Source: Dehalococcoidia bacterium
Lineage (GTDB): Bacteria > Chloroflexota > Dehalococcoidia > Lucifugimonadales > GCA-2712585
DNA length: 64,000 bases
Assembly: GCA_965247585.1 (NCBI GenBank)
Contig: CBDFHC010000001.1
Coordinates: forward strand, 17,042 to 81,041
Reading direction: 5' to 3'
Part shown: positions 36,501 to 45,279 of the stretch, piece by piece
Layout: each line of letters opens with the position of its first letter
How positions within the stretch are numbered: position 1 is the stretch's first letter
Translations under genes and position numbers: made by a program
Notes under the pieces: model-generated
The model's input: only the letters and a program-made list of their open reading frames with translations
Told to the model about the DNA's origin: nothing
The model's database searches: none

Positions 36501-36838
36501 TGAGAGGCTCACGGGTGGACCTGGCGGTGGTAAAGGCGCTGGGACTTTCCAGGCGGCAATTATGGCTCAGCCTGGGGGTGGAGCGGCTGATTGTAGCGTT
36601 CTTCGGGATAGCGGTGGGGGCAGGGACAGGGCTGCTGCTGGCCCGATGGGTGCTGGATAGAACGGATATCACGCCGGGAGGGTTTCCGGCGGTGCCTCCG
36701 CATATTCTGACGGTCCAGCCCTGGTTGCTGGGGTTGGTAATGGGGTTGCTGGTGGGGCTTTCGATAGGCAGCGCGGTGATGGCGGGGGTGCTGGCGGGAA
36801 GGATCAAGAACTCTGACACGCTGCGGTTGGGACAGTGA
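33575..36838 (+). CDS. Large ABC transporter permease with two FtsX-type domains (MacB/YbbP-like), copy 1
   Basis: About 1090 aa from MVWLLRRRLRTHWLLLMVGAFGVLAASS.. (typical FtsX-family N-terminus; the ORF track starts at 33500). There are about 10 predicted TM helices in two 4-TM FtsX blocks, with two large extracytoplasmic domains. Confidence 0.8.
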   Translation: MVWLLRRRLRTHWLLLMVGAFGVLAASSLISVSDIYSRALAEGGLRHVMSNKDSASINMRVIVQERPLGPKDYPRLRSEVEGMLQEHTEWMLEGTERYGRLRDTEMSRREDELPTGSYLSRPFFLTGFQEHTRIVDGRWPEAGAVLHEDGVDMEAVIGLDAGERLRLGIDSKVYVYPFMSEPTQRITLKVVGLVEPLDDREDFWMGYPGYFDVVDVTEDRFSLPVYLREEDYLWGLGSRYPNLIGEYGWLGYFDFDVITAPVMERAEDSLAELEVGLNKGVPRTLVIAGLNNTLESYQRELTLAKVPLLLFLTMLVGAMLYFLFLAMGLLGRTRRDEASLMMSRGASGLQVWGLLLLSDGVLVLLAVVLGPLLALILGLAVVPELPSSIGGEQLNNPLSLSANMFLLSGAGAVVSFGLLIFSGSCAGRLGMVAHLNDRARPPSLPLLQRYYLDVVALGLIGLVWWQIYERGGFTARKLTGIGLEVEPSLLLGPMLAFAGIAILMLRVLPLAIRGASRVADRLGPIWLSFGLRRVARDPLPHAYLAVMLLLAGGLGTFATSVQETRSKSEEDRVLYSVGADVVVQARGTSLMEDRLAEIGEVKSFSPIYRDILQVRDKPGVGSAFLLAADSEMIENVSWFREDFADVTLGELATRIKPGKRANEGISIPGELRTLGLWARVDVPGIAPTITLRMRDARGRLGKLTMEKLDSQEWTYLEKETETWLGGLEAPLELYSISIKYVFAGGPKIGSVSIDDVTVTRVGAPDRREVVYSFEGASPWTAFPNRGLVPDEVEHSAKAARSGDTGLEFSWAEMLVDANRGAIIPLGPFPLPAVGGTPFRTGDTVRLLVGRERVPIPVEVTGEARFFPTAGRLNQAFLLVDLETYADYLRVVGLGGRQGPEEYWLELDGGEAREAAVATIREGIPSRAAIIDSEDVLEASRLDPLNGAGWWSLNGLGLVALVLVVLFTLVLHGTVSVRGSRVDLAVVKALGLSRRQLWLSLGVERLIVAFFGIAVGAGTGLLLARWVLDRTDITPGGFPAVPPHILTVQPWLLGLVMGLLVGLSIGSAVMAGVLAGRIKNSDTLRLGQ

Positions 36839-36861
36839 AGGCGGGGGTTAGCTGCTAAGTC

Positions 36862-39800
36862 ATGGGCCTGCTATCACTGTTTAACCAGTCACTGATGATC
36901 GCCATAGGGCGGATCAGGTCCGGCTGGCGCCTGGAGCTGGTGTTGTTCTTTGGGATACTGCTGGCGGTGGCGCTGATGGCCAGTGGAGTCATCTACTCTG
37001 ACTATCTGGAAGAGACGACGCTACAGAGGACCCTGGAGAAGGCGAGCCCCAACGAGGCCAATGTGGCGTTCCTGAGCATAGAGCGGCTGAACCCGGTGAA
37101 GTACCAGGCTGTGCAGAAGGTGGTGGGGCGGGATATGACGCCTGGGCTGGCGCCGTTCATGGTTGAAGAGTCGCAGTTCATGGAGACCAACACCTTCTTC
37201 TATTCAGGGCACCCGCAACTGGAGCTGGACAATGATGTGAGACCGCGGGGCAAGTTGCAGTACCTGCCGGGAATAGAGAAACGAACGCGGCTGGTGGATG
37301 GGAGGTGGCCGGTTGAACGGGAGGGCGTGATGGAGGTGGCGATAGACAGCCTGGGGCTATTGTTGCTGGAACTGGGGGTGGGCGACGAGATGCGGATTAT
37401 CCGGCCGCCGCAGACGGCGCCGATGTCCGCCAGGGTCGAGATTGTGGGGGAGTTCCAGCGGCTGGACCCCGAGGACGAGTTCTGGTACGGGATTGAAGGG
37501 GCGTTCAGCGTGCAACGGGACGACTGGGCGTCAGTGCCGATGTTCACGGCGTGGGAGAACCTGTTCAGGGGGACGAGTATAGAGTCCGAGGCGTTGTATC
37601 CCTCTGTGAAGTGGTTCTACTACCTGGACCGGGAAGGGCTGGGTTCCGAGGATGTGGCGCCACTGAGGAACACGCTGAGGCGGATTCTGCTGGTGAAACA
37701 GGCGCAAATTCCGAACGGCTCGATATCAACCAGTCTGTTGAAGCTGCTGGACCGGTACTCCGAGCAGGTGCTGCTGGCGAGGATTCCGCTGTTCCTGCTG
37801 GTGTTTATGTCAACTGGGATACTGCTGTTCTACCTAGCGCTGGTGGGGACGGTGGTAGTGAAGGGACGCGCGGGGGAGTTGTCGCTGTTGAAGAGCCGGG
37901 GGTCAACCACGGGGCAACTGGGGCTGATGTCATTGGTGGAGGGTTTGCTGCTGGCGGCGCCGGCGATAGCGCTGGGACCGTTTCTGGCGCTGCTGGCGGT
38001 GCAGGCGCTGGGGGGTAGGCTGTTCGCGGGGGGAGAAGCGACGGCAGCGGTGGCGTCGGTATCGGCGACGGCGTTCGTGCTGGGGGCGGCCGGGGGGCTG
38101 CTGGCGGTGGGGGTATTTGTGTTGGTGACGACGCTGGCGGCGCACCGTGGGATGGTGGAGTTCAGGTATGAAGCGGCGAGGCCGGCGCAGACGCCGTGGT
38201 TGCACCGGTACTACCTGGATATTGCCATATTAGGGGCGATTGGGGTGCTGTGGTGGCAGATACAAAGCAGGGGATCGTTCCTGGTGAGACCGCTGGGCGA
38301 GGGCAATTTGCAGATGGACTATTCGCTGTTGCTGGGTCCGGCGCTGGGGCTGCTGGCGTTCGGGTTGTTGGTGCTGCGGTTCTTCCCGATATTGGTTTCG
38401 TTGATGATGCGGCTGATAGCGCCCATAGGGGCGCCGTGGGTTGTCCATGGACTGCGCCGACTGTCCCGGGACCCGGTAATGCCGGGTATTCTGGTTGTGC
38501 TGTTGATGATAGCCTCGGCGCTGGGTGTGGCGGTGGCGGTGCTGAGCTCAAGCGTGGAACGAAGCCAGCGGGACCGGGCGTACTATGAGGCGGGGGCGGA
38601 CCTGCGGATTGAGCACAACCCGAATCTTTTTACGACGAGTGGCGCCGACGCGGCGGCGGTGGTGAGGTCTGACCCCGGGGTAGTAGAGGCAACAGCGGTG
38701 CGACGGGAGGACGGGAGCCTGCTGACCAGCGGCAGAAGCGAGTCGATTTCCGTGCTGGCGGTGGAAAGCTCTCGGTTCGCCGACGTGGCCTGGTTCCGGG
38801 AGGACCTGGCGGGATTGGGGCTTTCAGATCTGACCGGGGTGCTGACGCCGGCCGACGCAGGGGAGGACGGGATCTTGCTGCCGGAGGATACAACGCACCT
38901 GGCGCTATGGACCCAGCCGGGCAGGTCTGATTACCGGGCGCTGGTCAGGGCGAAGGTGGAGGACAGCGAAGGGCTGATTTTCGAAATGTTTGTCGGCCAG
39001 CTAGACCGGAGGGACTGGGTGCGGCTGGAGGGCCCGGTGGCGCCGTTGCCGATACGCGGGTTGGGCAGGGCGCGGGTGACGGCGGATGTGAAGCCGCCGT
39101 TCAGGCTGCACTCGCTGTCGTTCGTGTTCGCGTCGCAGGCAACGGAGCCCAGTGTGCTGTACCTGGACCGGCTGACGGCGGTGACGCCGGACGGGGAGGA
39201 GCTGGTGACGGAGTTTGGTGAAGCGGAGGACTGGCAAACATTGGAAGATTACTCCAGGCCGGGGCTGACGGGGCTGGAACGGAGCGAATCGGTGACGCGG
39301 GAGGGGCGGGCGACGGCGGTGTACACGGCGTCACCGGCGGGGCTGGCGATCCGTGGAATACGTCACGGGAAGGAGCAGCGACCGCTGCCAGCGGTGGTGA
39401 GCGAATCGTTCGCCGAGCTAGCGGACGCCGAGGTGGGAGATACGGTGAATGTGCGGCTGTTCAATGTGGCGGCGCCGATCAAGCTGATGGCGGTGGCGGA
39501 GTATTTCCCAACGCTGTTCCCGCGGAATGAGCCGTTTGTGGTGTTGGAGCTGGATACGATGAACCAGTTCTCCAGTCTGCACAGGAGTCAGAACATATCG
39601 GGGCCGGACGAGGTGTGGGTGAGGCTATTGGACCCGTTGGCGTCGCCGGAAGGCCTGGTGAGATCTTTGCGGGAGTCAGGGGTCACGGTGCAAGAGGTGC
39701 ATTCGGCGGAGGAGATGGCGGCGGAGCGGCTGGGCCAGACGCTGGTGACGTCCGGGTGGGAAGGGCTCTTCGTGCTGATGTTCCTGTCAGTGGTGATGTC

Positions 39801-40179
39801 TGGCGTCTCCGGGGTGATGTTGTTCGCATATATGGATACGCGGGACCGGCAGACGGAGTTTGCGTTGCTGCGGACGTTGGGGCTTAGTCAGGCGCAGCTC
39901 CGCGGCGTGGTGTGGTTTACGCTGATGGTGGTGATGGCGGCGGGAGCGGGGCTGGGGACGCTGATGGGAAGGGGAATGTCAGGGGCGCTGCTGCCACTGC
40001 TGGAGGTGGCGGAGGAGGGGGTTAGGGTGACGCCGCCTATGGTGCTAGAATCCAATTGGCTGGCAATAGCGGCGCCATATCTAACGATGGTGGTAGTGGC
40101 GGCGATTGCGGCGCCGTGGCTGGCGTGGCTGGCGTACAAGTTGGAGCTGCAACGGGTGCTTAGGATGGGGGCCGGATAG
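36862..40179 (+). CDS. Large ABC transporter permease with two FtsX-type domains, copy 2
   Basis: 1105 aa with the same architecture as 33575..36838 (..IGRIRSGWRLELVLFFGILLAVALMASG.. at the N-terminus; C-terminal FtsX block ..FALLRTLGLSQAQLRGVVWF..). A diverged paralogue, starting 23 nt after its neighbour. Confidence 0.85.
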   Translation: MGLLSLFNQSLMIAIGRIRSGWRLELVLFFGILLAVALMASGVIYSDYLEETTLQRTLEKASPNEANVAFLSIERLNPVKYQAVQKVVGRDMTPGLAPFMVEESQFMETNTFFYSGHPQLELDNDVRPRGKLQYLPGIEKRTRLVDGRWPVEREGVMEVAIDSLGLLLLELGVGDEMRIIRPPQTAPMSARVEIVGEFQRLDPEDEFWYGIEGAFSVQRDDWASVPMFTAWENLFRGTSIESEALYPSVKWFYYLDREGLGSEDVAPLRNTLRRILLVKQAQIPNGSISTSLLKLLDRYSEQVLLARIPLFLLVFMSTGILLFYLALVGTVVVKGRAGELSLLKSRGSTTGQLGLMSLVEGLLLAAPAIALGPFLALLAVQALGGRLFAGGEATAAVASVSATAFVLGAAGGLLAVGVFVLVTTLAAHRGMVEFRYEAARPAQTPWLHRYYLDIAILGAIGVLWWQIQSRGSFLVRPLGEGNLQMDYSLLLGPALGLLAFGLLVLRFFPILVSLMMRLIAPIGAPWVVHGLRRLSRDPVMPGILVVLLMIASALGVAVAVLSSSVERSQRDRAYYEAGADLRIEHNPNLFTTSGADAAAVVRSDPGVVEATAVRREDGSLLTSGRSESISVLAVESSRFADVAWFREDLAGLGLSDLTGVLTPADAGEDGILLPEDTTHLALWTQPGRSDYRALVRAKVEDSEGLIFEMFVGQLDRRDWVRLEGPVAPLPIRGLGRARVTADVKPPFRLHSLSFVFASQATEPSVLYLDRLTAVTPDGEELVTEFGEAEDWQTLEDYSRPGLTGLERSESVTREGRATAVYTASPAGLAIRGIRHGKEQRPLPAVVSESFAELADAEVGDTVNVRLFNVAAPIKLMAVAEYFPTLFPRNEPFVVLELDTMNQFSSLHRSQNISGPDEVWVRLLDPLASPEGLVRSLRESGVTVQEVHSAEEMAAERLGQTLVTSGWEGLFVLMFLSVVMSGVSGVMLFAYMDTRDRQTEFALLRTLGLSQAQLRGVVWFTLMVVMAAGAGLGTLMGRGMSGALLPLLEVAEEGVRVTPPMVLESNWLAIAAPYLTMVVVAAIAAPWLAWLAYKLELQRVLRMGAG

Positions 40180-40235
40180 GAGGGTGATGATAGGCGATAA
40201 AGGGGAGTTGAGGCGCAGGAGGGAGGCAATCCTGC

Positions 40236-41345
40236 ATGCCGGCTGAAAGTGGCAGCACCGGGGATGAAAATCTAAGCAGGAGGGTCTTAAGGAAACGATG
40301 CGGGTGGCTATTCTGAGGCGTAATCAGCAAAGACAATGGGTACCATTATTTGACCGGATTGCGAATCACAGGTTGGTGGTACCCACCCGCCGGCCCAGGA
40401 AGGTTTTTAGGGTTGATTAATGAGGGACACCCTCAGACTCCCGGCAGATGGGGTATTCCCCCTCTGCACTCCTCCTTTGGAGGCGTCCTTGAAGGGACGA
40501 TGTATCTATTTTTGGGAGAACCGAGCGTGCCGGTTGAGGCTGGAACCACCAGGGATGAGAATCTAAGCAGGAGGCTCTTAGGGAAACGATGCGAGTGGCT
40601 ATTCTGAGGCGTAATCAGCAAAGACAATGGGTACCATTATTTGAACGGATTGCGAATCAGAGGTTGGTGGTACCCACCCGCCGGCCCAGGAAGGTTTTTA
40701 AGGTTATTTCTGAGGGACACCCTCAGACTCCCGGCAGAGAGGCTGTGCCCCTCTGCACTCCTCCTTTGGAGGCGTCCTTGAAGAGACGATGTATCTATTT
40801 TTGGGAGAACCGAGCATGCCGGTTGAGGCTGGCAGCACCGGGGATGAGAATCCAAGCAGGAGGGTCTTAAGGAAACGATGCGGGTGGCTATTCTGAGGCG
40901 TAATCAGCAAAGACAATGGGTACCATTATTTGACCGGATTGCGAATCAGAGGTTGGTGGTACCCACCCGCCGGCCCAAGAAGGTTTTTAGGGTTGATTAA
41001 TGAGGGACACCCTCAGACTCCCGGCAGAGAGGCTGTGCCCCTCTGCACTCCTCCTTTGAAGGCGTCCTTGAAGGGACGATGTATCTATTTTTGGGAGAAC
41101 CGAGCGTGCCGGTTGAGGCTGGAACCACCAGGGATGAGAATCTAAGCATGAGGCTCTTAGGGAAACGATGCGAGTGGCTATTCTGAGGCGTAATCAGCAA
41201 AGGTGGTTGGTAGCGCTGTTTGAACGAATGGTAAATCACAGGTTGGTGGTACCCACCCGCCGGCCCAGGAAGGTTTTTGGGGTTGATTACTGAGGGACAC
41301 CCTCAGACTCCCGGCAGATGGGGTATTCCCCCTCTGCACTCCTCC
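40236..41345 (+). repeat. Tandem array, ~290-bp unit x ~3.8, of a composite repeat (C + spacer + A)
   Basis: The anchor .TGCCGG(C/T)TGA..GCTGG.A.CACC.GGGATGA.AATC.AAGCA.GAGG recurs at 40237, 40528, 40817 and 41107 (periods 291/289/290). Module-A cores lie at about 40421, 40710, 41001 and 41290. Copies 1/3 and 2/4 are more alike in the 5' half, while copies 1/4 and 2/3 share the variable hairpin. Confidence 0.95.
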
Positions 41346-41425
41346 GTGGGGGCTTTTTAACCGGATGATGGCAGTTATTTCCGAGGCGGTAGAATGAAAG
41401 GGAAGAGTAGAGGATTGGTGGAAGG

Positions 41426-42328
41426 TTGAACGATCAGAAGGACCCGCATATTCTGTGCCGCGACCTGTTTAAGATATATAAGCGGGCGGAGCTTGAGGTG
41501 GTGGCGCTGAGGGGCCTGGATATGGAGGTTGCCGTTGGAGAGCTGGTGGCCATTATTGGCTCCAGCGGCAGCGGCAAGTCCACGTTGCTCAATATTCTGG
41601 CGGGGCTGGACCGGCCTTCGGCGGGGGAGGTGCGGGTGGGGGCAAGGGACCTGCTGAACATATCTGACAAAGGGTTGGTGATGTACCGGCGGCTGGAGGT
41701 GGGGTTTGTGTGGCAGGTGCCGGGACGGAACCTGGTGCCGTATCTGAGCGCGGTGGAGAATGTGTCGCTGCCGATGGCGATAGCGGGGGTAAACTCGCGG
41801 GACCGGCACGTGCGGGCGATAGGGCTGCTGGAGGCGCTGGGGTTGAAGGAGAAGTTGCACCGGAGGCCGCACCAGCTTTCGGGCGGGGAGCAGCAGAGGG
41901 TGGCGATTGCGCTAGCGATGTCGAATTCACCGGCGCTACTGCTGGCGGACGAGCCGACGGGGGAGCTGGACACGCAGAGCGCGGCGGGTGTATTCGAGCT
42001 GTTGCAGTCGGTGAATCGGAACTCCGGTGCGACGGTGGTAATTGTCACGCACGATGTTTCGGTGGTGGATTACGTAGACCGGGTGATTAACATTCGAGAC
42101 GGGAAGATAGGCTCTGAAACGGTGGTGACGAATTCGTACCAACGTGGGGTTGGCAGGGTGGCGGAGGACTTTCTGGTGGTGGATAAGGCGGGGAGGTTGC
42201 AACTGCCGCACGAGGTGATGGAGCGGTTTGGGGTGGGCTCTCGGGTCCGGCTGGGAACGGACGGAGGGCAGATCACCATTGAGGCGGCGGAAGTTAGTGA
42301 CGGTCAGGACGAGGCCGATGGACGGTAA
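41426..42328 (+). CDS. ABC transporter ATP-binding protein (MacB/LolD-type) with ~70-aa C-terminal extension
   Basis: 300 aa, TTG start. Walker A GSSGSGKST, signature LSGGEQQRVAIA, Walker B LLLADEPTGELD. The tail is ..LVVDKAGRLQLPHEVMERFGVGSRVRLGTDGGQITIE.. Confidence 0.9.
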   Translation: MNDQKDPHILCRDLFKIYKRAELEVVALRGLDMEVAVGELVAIIGSSGSGKSTLLNILAGLDRPSAGEVRVGARDLLNISDKGLVMYRRLEVGFVWQVPGRNLVPYLSAVENVSLPMAIAGVNSRDRHVRAIGLLEALGLKEKLHRRPHQLSGGEQQRVAIALAMSNSPALLLADEPTGELDTQSAAGVFELLQSVNRNSGATVVIVTHDVSVVDYVDRVINIRDGKIGSETVVTNSYQRGVGRVAEDFLVVDKAGRLQLPHEVMERFGVGSRVRLGTDGGQITIEAAEVSDGQDEADGR

Positions 42329-43022
42329 TCAGCCTGTTATTGTGGCGGATGGTCTGGTGCGGGTCTTCCGATCCGGGAACGAGTTGGTGGAGGCGGTGAA
42401 TGGGGTGGAGTTGGAGGTTGCGGAGGGGCAGTTCCTGGCGATTGCGGGGCGGTCCGGCTCTGGAAAGACGACGCTGCTGAACCTGATGGCGGGCCTGGAC
42501 CAACCTACGGAGGGGAGGGTGATGTTCCAGGGACGGGACTTGAACCGGCTGAGGGACGGGGAGTTGGTGGAGCTGAGGCGAAGGAGTATAGGGTTTGTAT
42601 TTCAGTCGTTTGGGCTGCTGCCGCTGCTTTCGGCGTATGAGAATGTGGAGCTGCCGTTGCATATAGCAGGGGTGTCCGGGAGGGAGCGGCGACGCAGGGC
42701 GCTGGAGGCGTTGGAGCTGGTGGGGCTGGGCGCCAGGGCGCAGCACAGACCATTTGAGCTGTCCGGAGGGGAGCAGCAGAGGGTGGCGGTGGCACGAGCA
42801 TTGGTGAACGGCCCCAAGGTGGTGTTTGCGGATGAGCCCACCGGGGAGTTGGACACGGTGACGGCGGAGGCGGTGTCTTCGATGCTGCGGCAGATACTGG
42901 TGGAGCGGGGGATTACGGTGGTGGTGGCGACGCATGACCAAACGCTGATGGCCAAGGCGGACCGGGTGGTGGAGCTGGTGGACGGGGCGCTAGTAGGCGA
43001 TAAGGTGAAAGACGGATGCTAG
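42318..43022 (+). CDS. ABC transporter ATP-binding protein (MacB/LolD-type)
   Basis: 234 aa from ATG 42318, overlapping the upstream stop by 11 nt. Walker A GRSGSGKTT, LSGGEQQRVAVARA, Walker B VVFADEPTGELD. Confidence 0.9.
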   Translation: MDGNQPVIVADGLVRVFRSGNELVEAVNGVELEVAEGQFLAIAGRSGSGKTTLLNLMAGLDQPTEGRVMFQGRDLNRLRDGELVELRRRSIGFVFQSFGLLPLLSAYENVELPLHIAGVSGRERRRRALEALELVGLGARAQHRPFELSGGEQQRVAVARALVNGPKVVFADEPTGELDTVTAEAVSSMLRQILVERGITVVVATHDQTLMAKADRVVELVDGALVGDKVKDGC

Positions 43023-43468
43023 GCTTCTGTTGGGGGGTCCTCAAGAAGCTGTTTCAGGCGGTCAAGGTCCTGGGTGATGTTGCTTTGGACGGCGCGGGAG
43101 ATCATGGGTGAGGCCAACCGGTAGAATCCACCGGCATCGCCCTCTACACGGATGCGGGCAATGGTGCCGTTGGAGTCGTCCTCGAAAGCGTAGGTGACTT
43201 TCATGGGGAAGGGGCCTTTGATGGAGTGCATTTCCAGTAGCGCGTGATCCTGCAACCTGTCGATGTGCATTATGTATTCGATGCGCCTGCCCATGAATGC
43301 GGCGATACGCTGGACGCGGGAGCCCTCGGCCAGGGGAGGGTCTGTGAGGATGGAGACCTGGTTGATGCCGCTGATCCAGGATGGGTCGTTGTGGGGGTCC
43401 ATGGCGTAGTCCGAGACTTGTGCTCTGGGCTTGTTGATGAGTATCTCAGCTATGACGTCTACTGTCAT
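43019..43468 (-). CDS. SRPBCC-superfamily (polyketide cyclase/dehydrase-like) protein
   Basis: 149 aa from ATG 43468 (MTVDVIAEILINKPRAQVSDYAMDPHNDPSW..), with a length and pattern typical of SRPBCC/Polyketide_cyc2 proteins. Its stop overlaps the stop of the convergent ATPase gene within CTAG (43019..43022). Confidence 0.65.
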   Translation of the reverse strand: MTVDVIAEILINKPRAQVSDYAMDPHNDPSWISGINQVSILTDPPLAEGSRVQRIAAFMGRRIEYIMHIDRLQDHALLEMHSIKGPFPMKVTYAFEDDSNGTIARIRVEGDAGGFYRLASPMISRAVQSNITQDLDRLKQLLEDPPTEA

Positions 43469-43683
43469 TTGGCACCTCTCGTAGAAGAGCGCGGCCCCGG
43501 GGTGGCGGGGGGCACGCCATAGGATTGACCAGGCGCGACTATTGTAATGGCTGATGCCGGGGCGCCGGTAGGGCCGGGGGAAGGGGGGCCAAGGTTTCGC
43601 TGGTGTGATAGGGTGGATTCGAGCCAACGGGGGTGGGCGTCAGCGCGGGATTACGCCGGCCCCCCGGAGATTGGGAGGAGAAG

Positions 43684-44157
43684 ATGCCAGAGGGCCAGGC
43701 GCCGGAGCGAATTGTGCCGCAATCGTTGGGGGACTATCTGGAGGTGATGAGCAAGGCGGTATTCCAGTCAGGCATATCGTGGCGGGTGGTGGAGTCAAAG
43801 TGGCCGGGGCTTAGGGAGGCGTTCCAGGGGTTTGACGTGGAGGCGGTGGCCAGTTTTGGAGCGCCGGAGCTGGACGCATTGACGAACGATAAGAGGGTGA
43901 TCAGGCACCGCCGGAAGATAGAGGCGGTGGTGAACAACGCCCGGAGGATGGCCGAGCTAGATGAGGCATACGGGGGATTCCAGAGGTATCTTCGCTCTCA
44001 CCAAAGCTTTGCGGAGACGGTGAAGGAGCTGCGTGGCAATTTCAAGTACATGGGAGAGACCGGCTGCTATTTTTTCCTGTATGTGGTGGGTGAAGAGGTG
44101 CCACCCCACGATGAGTGGAGCGCGTCTCGGAAGGGGAAGGGGAAGGGGACGGGGTAG
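43684..44157 (+). CDS. tag: DNA-3-methyladenine glycosylase I
   Basis: ..MSKAVFQSGISWRVVESKWPGLREAFQGFDVEAVASFGAPELDALTNDKRVIRHRRKIEAVVNNARRM.. matches the Tag (Adenine_glyco) family. ATG 43684 is preceded by GGGAGGAG. Confidence 0.8.
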   Translation: MPEGQAPERIVPQSLGDYLEVMSKAVFQSGISWRVVESKWPGLREAFQGFDVEAVASFGAPELDALTNDKRVIRHRRKIEAVVNNARRMAELDEAYGGFQRYLRSHQSFAETVKELRGNFKYMGETGCYFFLYVVGEEVPPHDEWSASRKGKGKGTG

Positions 44158-44204
44158 GGCGTCGCTGGGTGAAAACGCAGGTTCTGGGGTATGGAGATGG
44201 GAAG

Positions 44205-45080
44205 ATGCTGGGGGGCCATCGCCCTCTGGATTCCCCCAGGAGGCTGCTTAGGGGGATGGAGGTAGAAGCAGTATGGGCTGGTCCTTCGGGGGTCTCAGGA
44301 TGAGCAGGTTGGAGGGCGGAAGGTCAATTTTTGAGGCAATCAGTGATGGCGATGGGTATCGCGACGACGAAGGACGGCGAATCGGAGGTTGGTGGTACCC
44401 ACCGACCCGCCCAGTAGGGTTTTAAGAGTTTTCCTGAGGGACTGCCTAAGACTCCCGGCAGAAAGGCTGCGCCCCTCTTCACTCCCCCATTGGGCAGGCG
44501 TCTTAGATGGCAGGATGTTTCTGGTATTGAGGCGATCAGCCATGGCGATGTATATGGTTACGACGAAGGGCTGCGAATCACAGGTTGGTGCCAGAAGTGG
44601 ACGTGAAGGTGGGATATGCTCTCCCCCCGCACCCAGACTCTTCGATCCTCACGGGCGGACTCAGAATGACATGGTGGGGAGGTGGAATGGGGCCGGAGTG
44701 AGGTGGGAAGGGGTATGGAAGCCGGATGGGATTCTATTTTTGAGGCAATCAGCCATGGCGATGGGTGTGGGTACGACGAAGGATTGCAAATCACAGGTTG
44801 GTGCCAGAAGTGGACGTGAAGGTGGGACATGCTCTCCCCCCGCACCCAGATTCTTCGATCCTCACGGGCGGACTCAGAATGACATGGTGGGGGGGTGGAT
44901 CGGGGCCGGAGTGAGGTGGGAAGGGGTATGGGCTCGTCCTTCGGGAGCCTCAGGATGAGCGGGTTGGAGGCGTAGGAGGCTCGTTTTCATAGGAATGACA
45001 TGGTATATAAGATGCGCCACTGGCCATGAAGTACCGTGACCGGAGCCATGGAAGCGGGCTGAGGCGCTATTTGCGGCGGT
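44205..45080 (+). repeat. Intergenic mosaic repeat block (A 3' fragment, D, A, 2 x [A5'/B hybrid], D, E)
   Basis: Contains an A core at about 44434. A ~213-bp unit is duplicated (anchor ATCAGCCATGGCGATG at 44535 and 44748), in which ..GCGAATCACAGGTTGGTG is fused to CCAGAAGTGGACGTGAAGGTGGGA.ATGCTCTCCCCCCGCACCCAGA.TCTTCGATCCTCACGGGCGGACTCAGAATGACATGG. The block ends with D + E. Confidence 0.85.
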
Positions 45081-45092
45081 GGAGCGGAGTGG

Positions 45093-45279
45093 CTATGGGA
45101 CTGGGACCAGGGGATCAGCGGGGACGGTGGAGGTGACGATGGCGCCCTGGCCTGGGGAGCTGTCTATGGTGACCTGGCCCCCCCAGGGTACCGGCGTAGT
45201 CTTCCATGGCGTTGAAGCCAAGGCCGGGGGTGATGCTGCGGCAGGACTGGGAGAGCTCCAAAAGGCGGCCTTGAAGCTG
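45093..45279 (-). pseudogene. Histidine-kinase HATPase_c C-terminal remnant (G2 box to end), frameshifted
   Basis: Directly after the TGA of the REC-membrane ORF, in the same frame: QLQGRLLELSQSCRSITPGLGFNAMEDYAGTLGG. After a 1-nt slip in the C7 run (45178..45184) it continues as GQVTIDSSPGQGAIVTSTVP..*. This is the G2-box/C-terminal strand pattern of HATPase_c. No DHp, N or G1 box is present. Confidence 0.55.

Noticed and set aside
40236-41345. Regularly spaced repeats that could be mistaken for a CRISPR array (also 15198..15880 and 54140..55125)
   Set aside because: The units are 213-482 bp and directly abutting, with no unique spacers between short (25-40 bp) repeats. The whole unit is repeated and belongs to the dispersed mosaic family. 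No cas genes are present.
43590-43630. tRNA-like T-arm/acceptor end on the minus strand (..GTTGGCTCGAATCCACCCTATCACACCA)
   Set aside because: The T-loop starts with C instead of T, and the T-stem has a mismatch. The required 5' acceptor strand (GTGATAG) is absent about 70 nt upstream, so no cloverleaf can be drawn.
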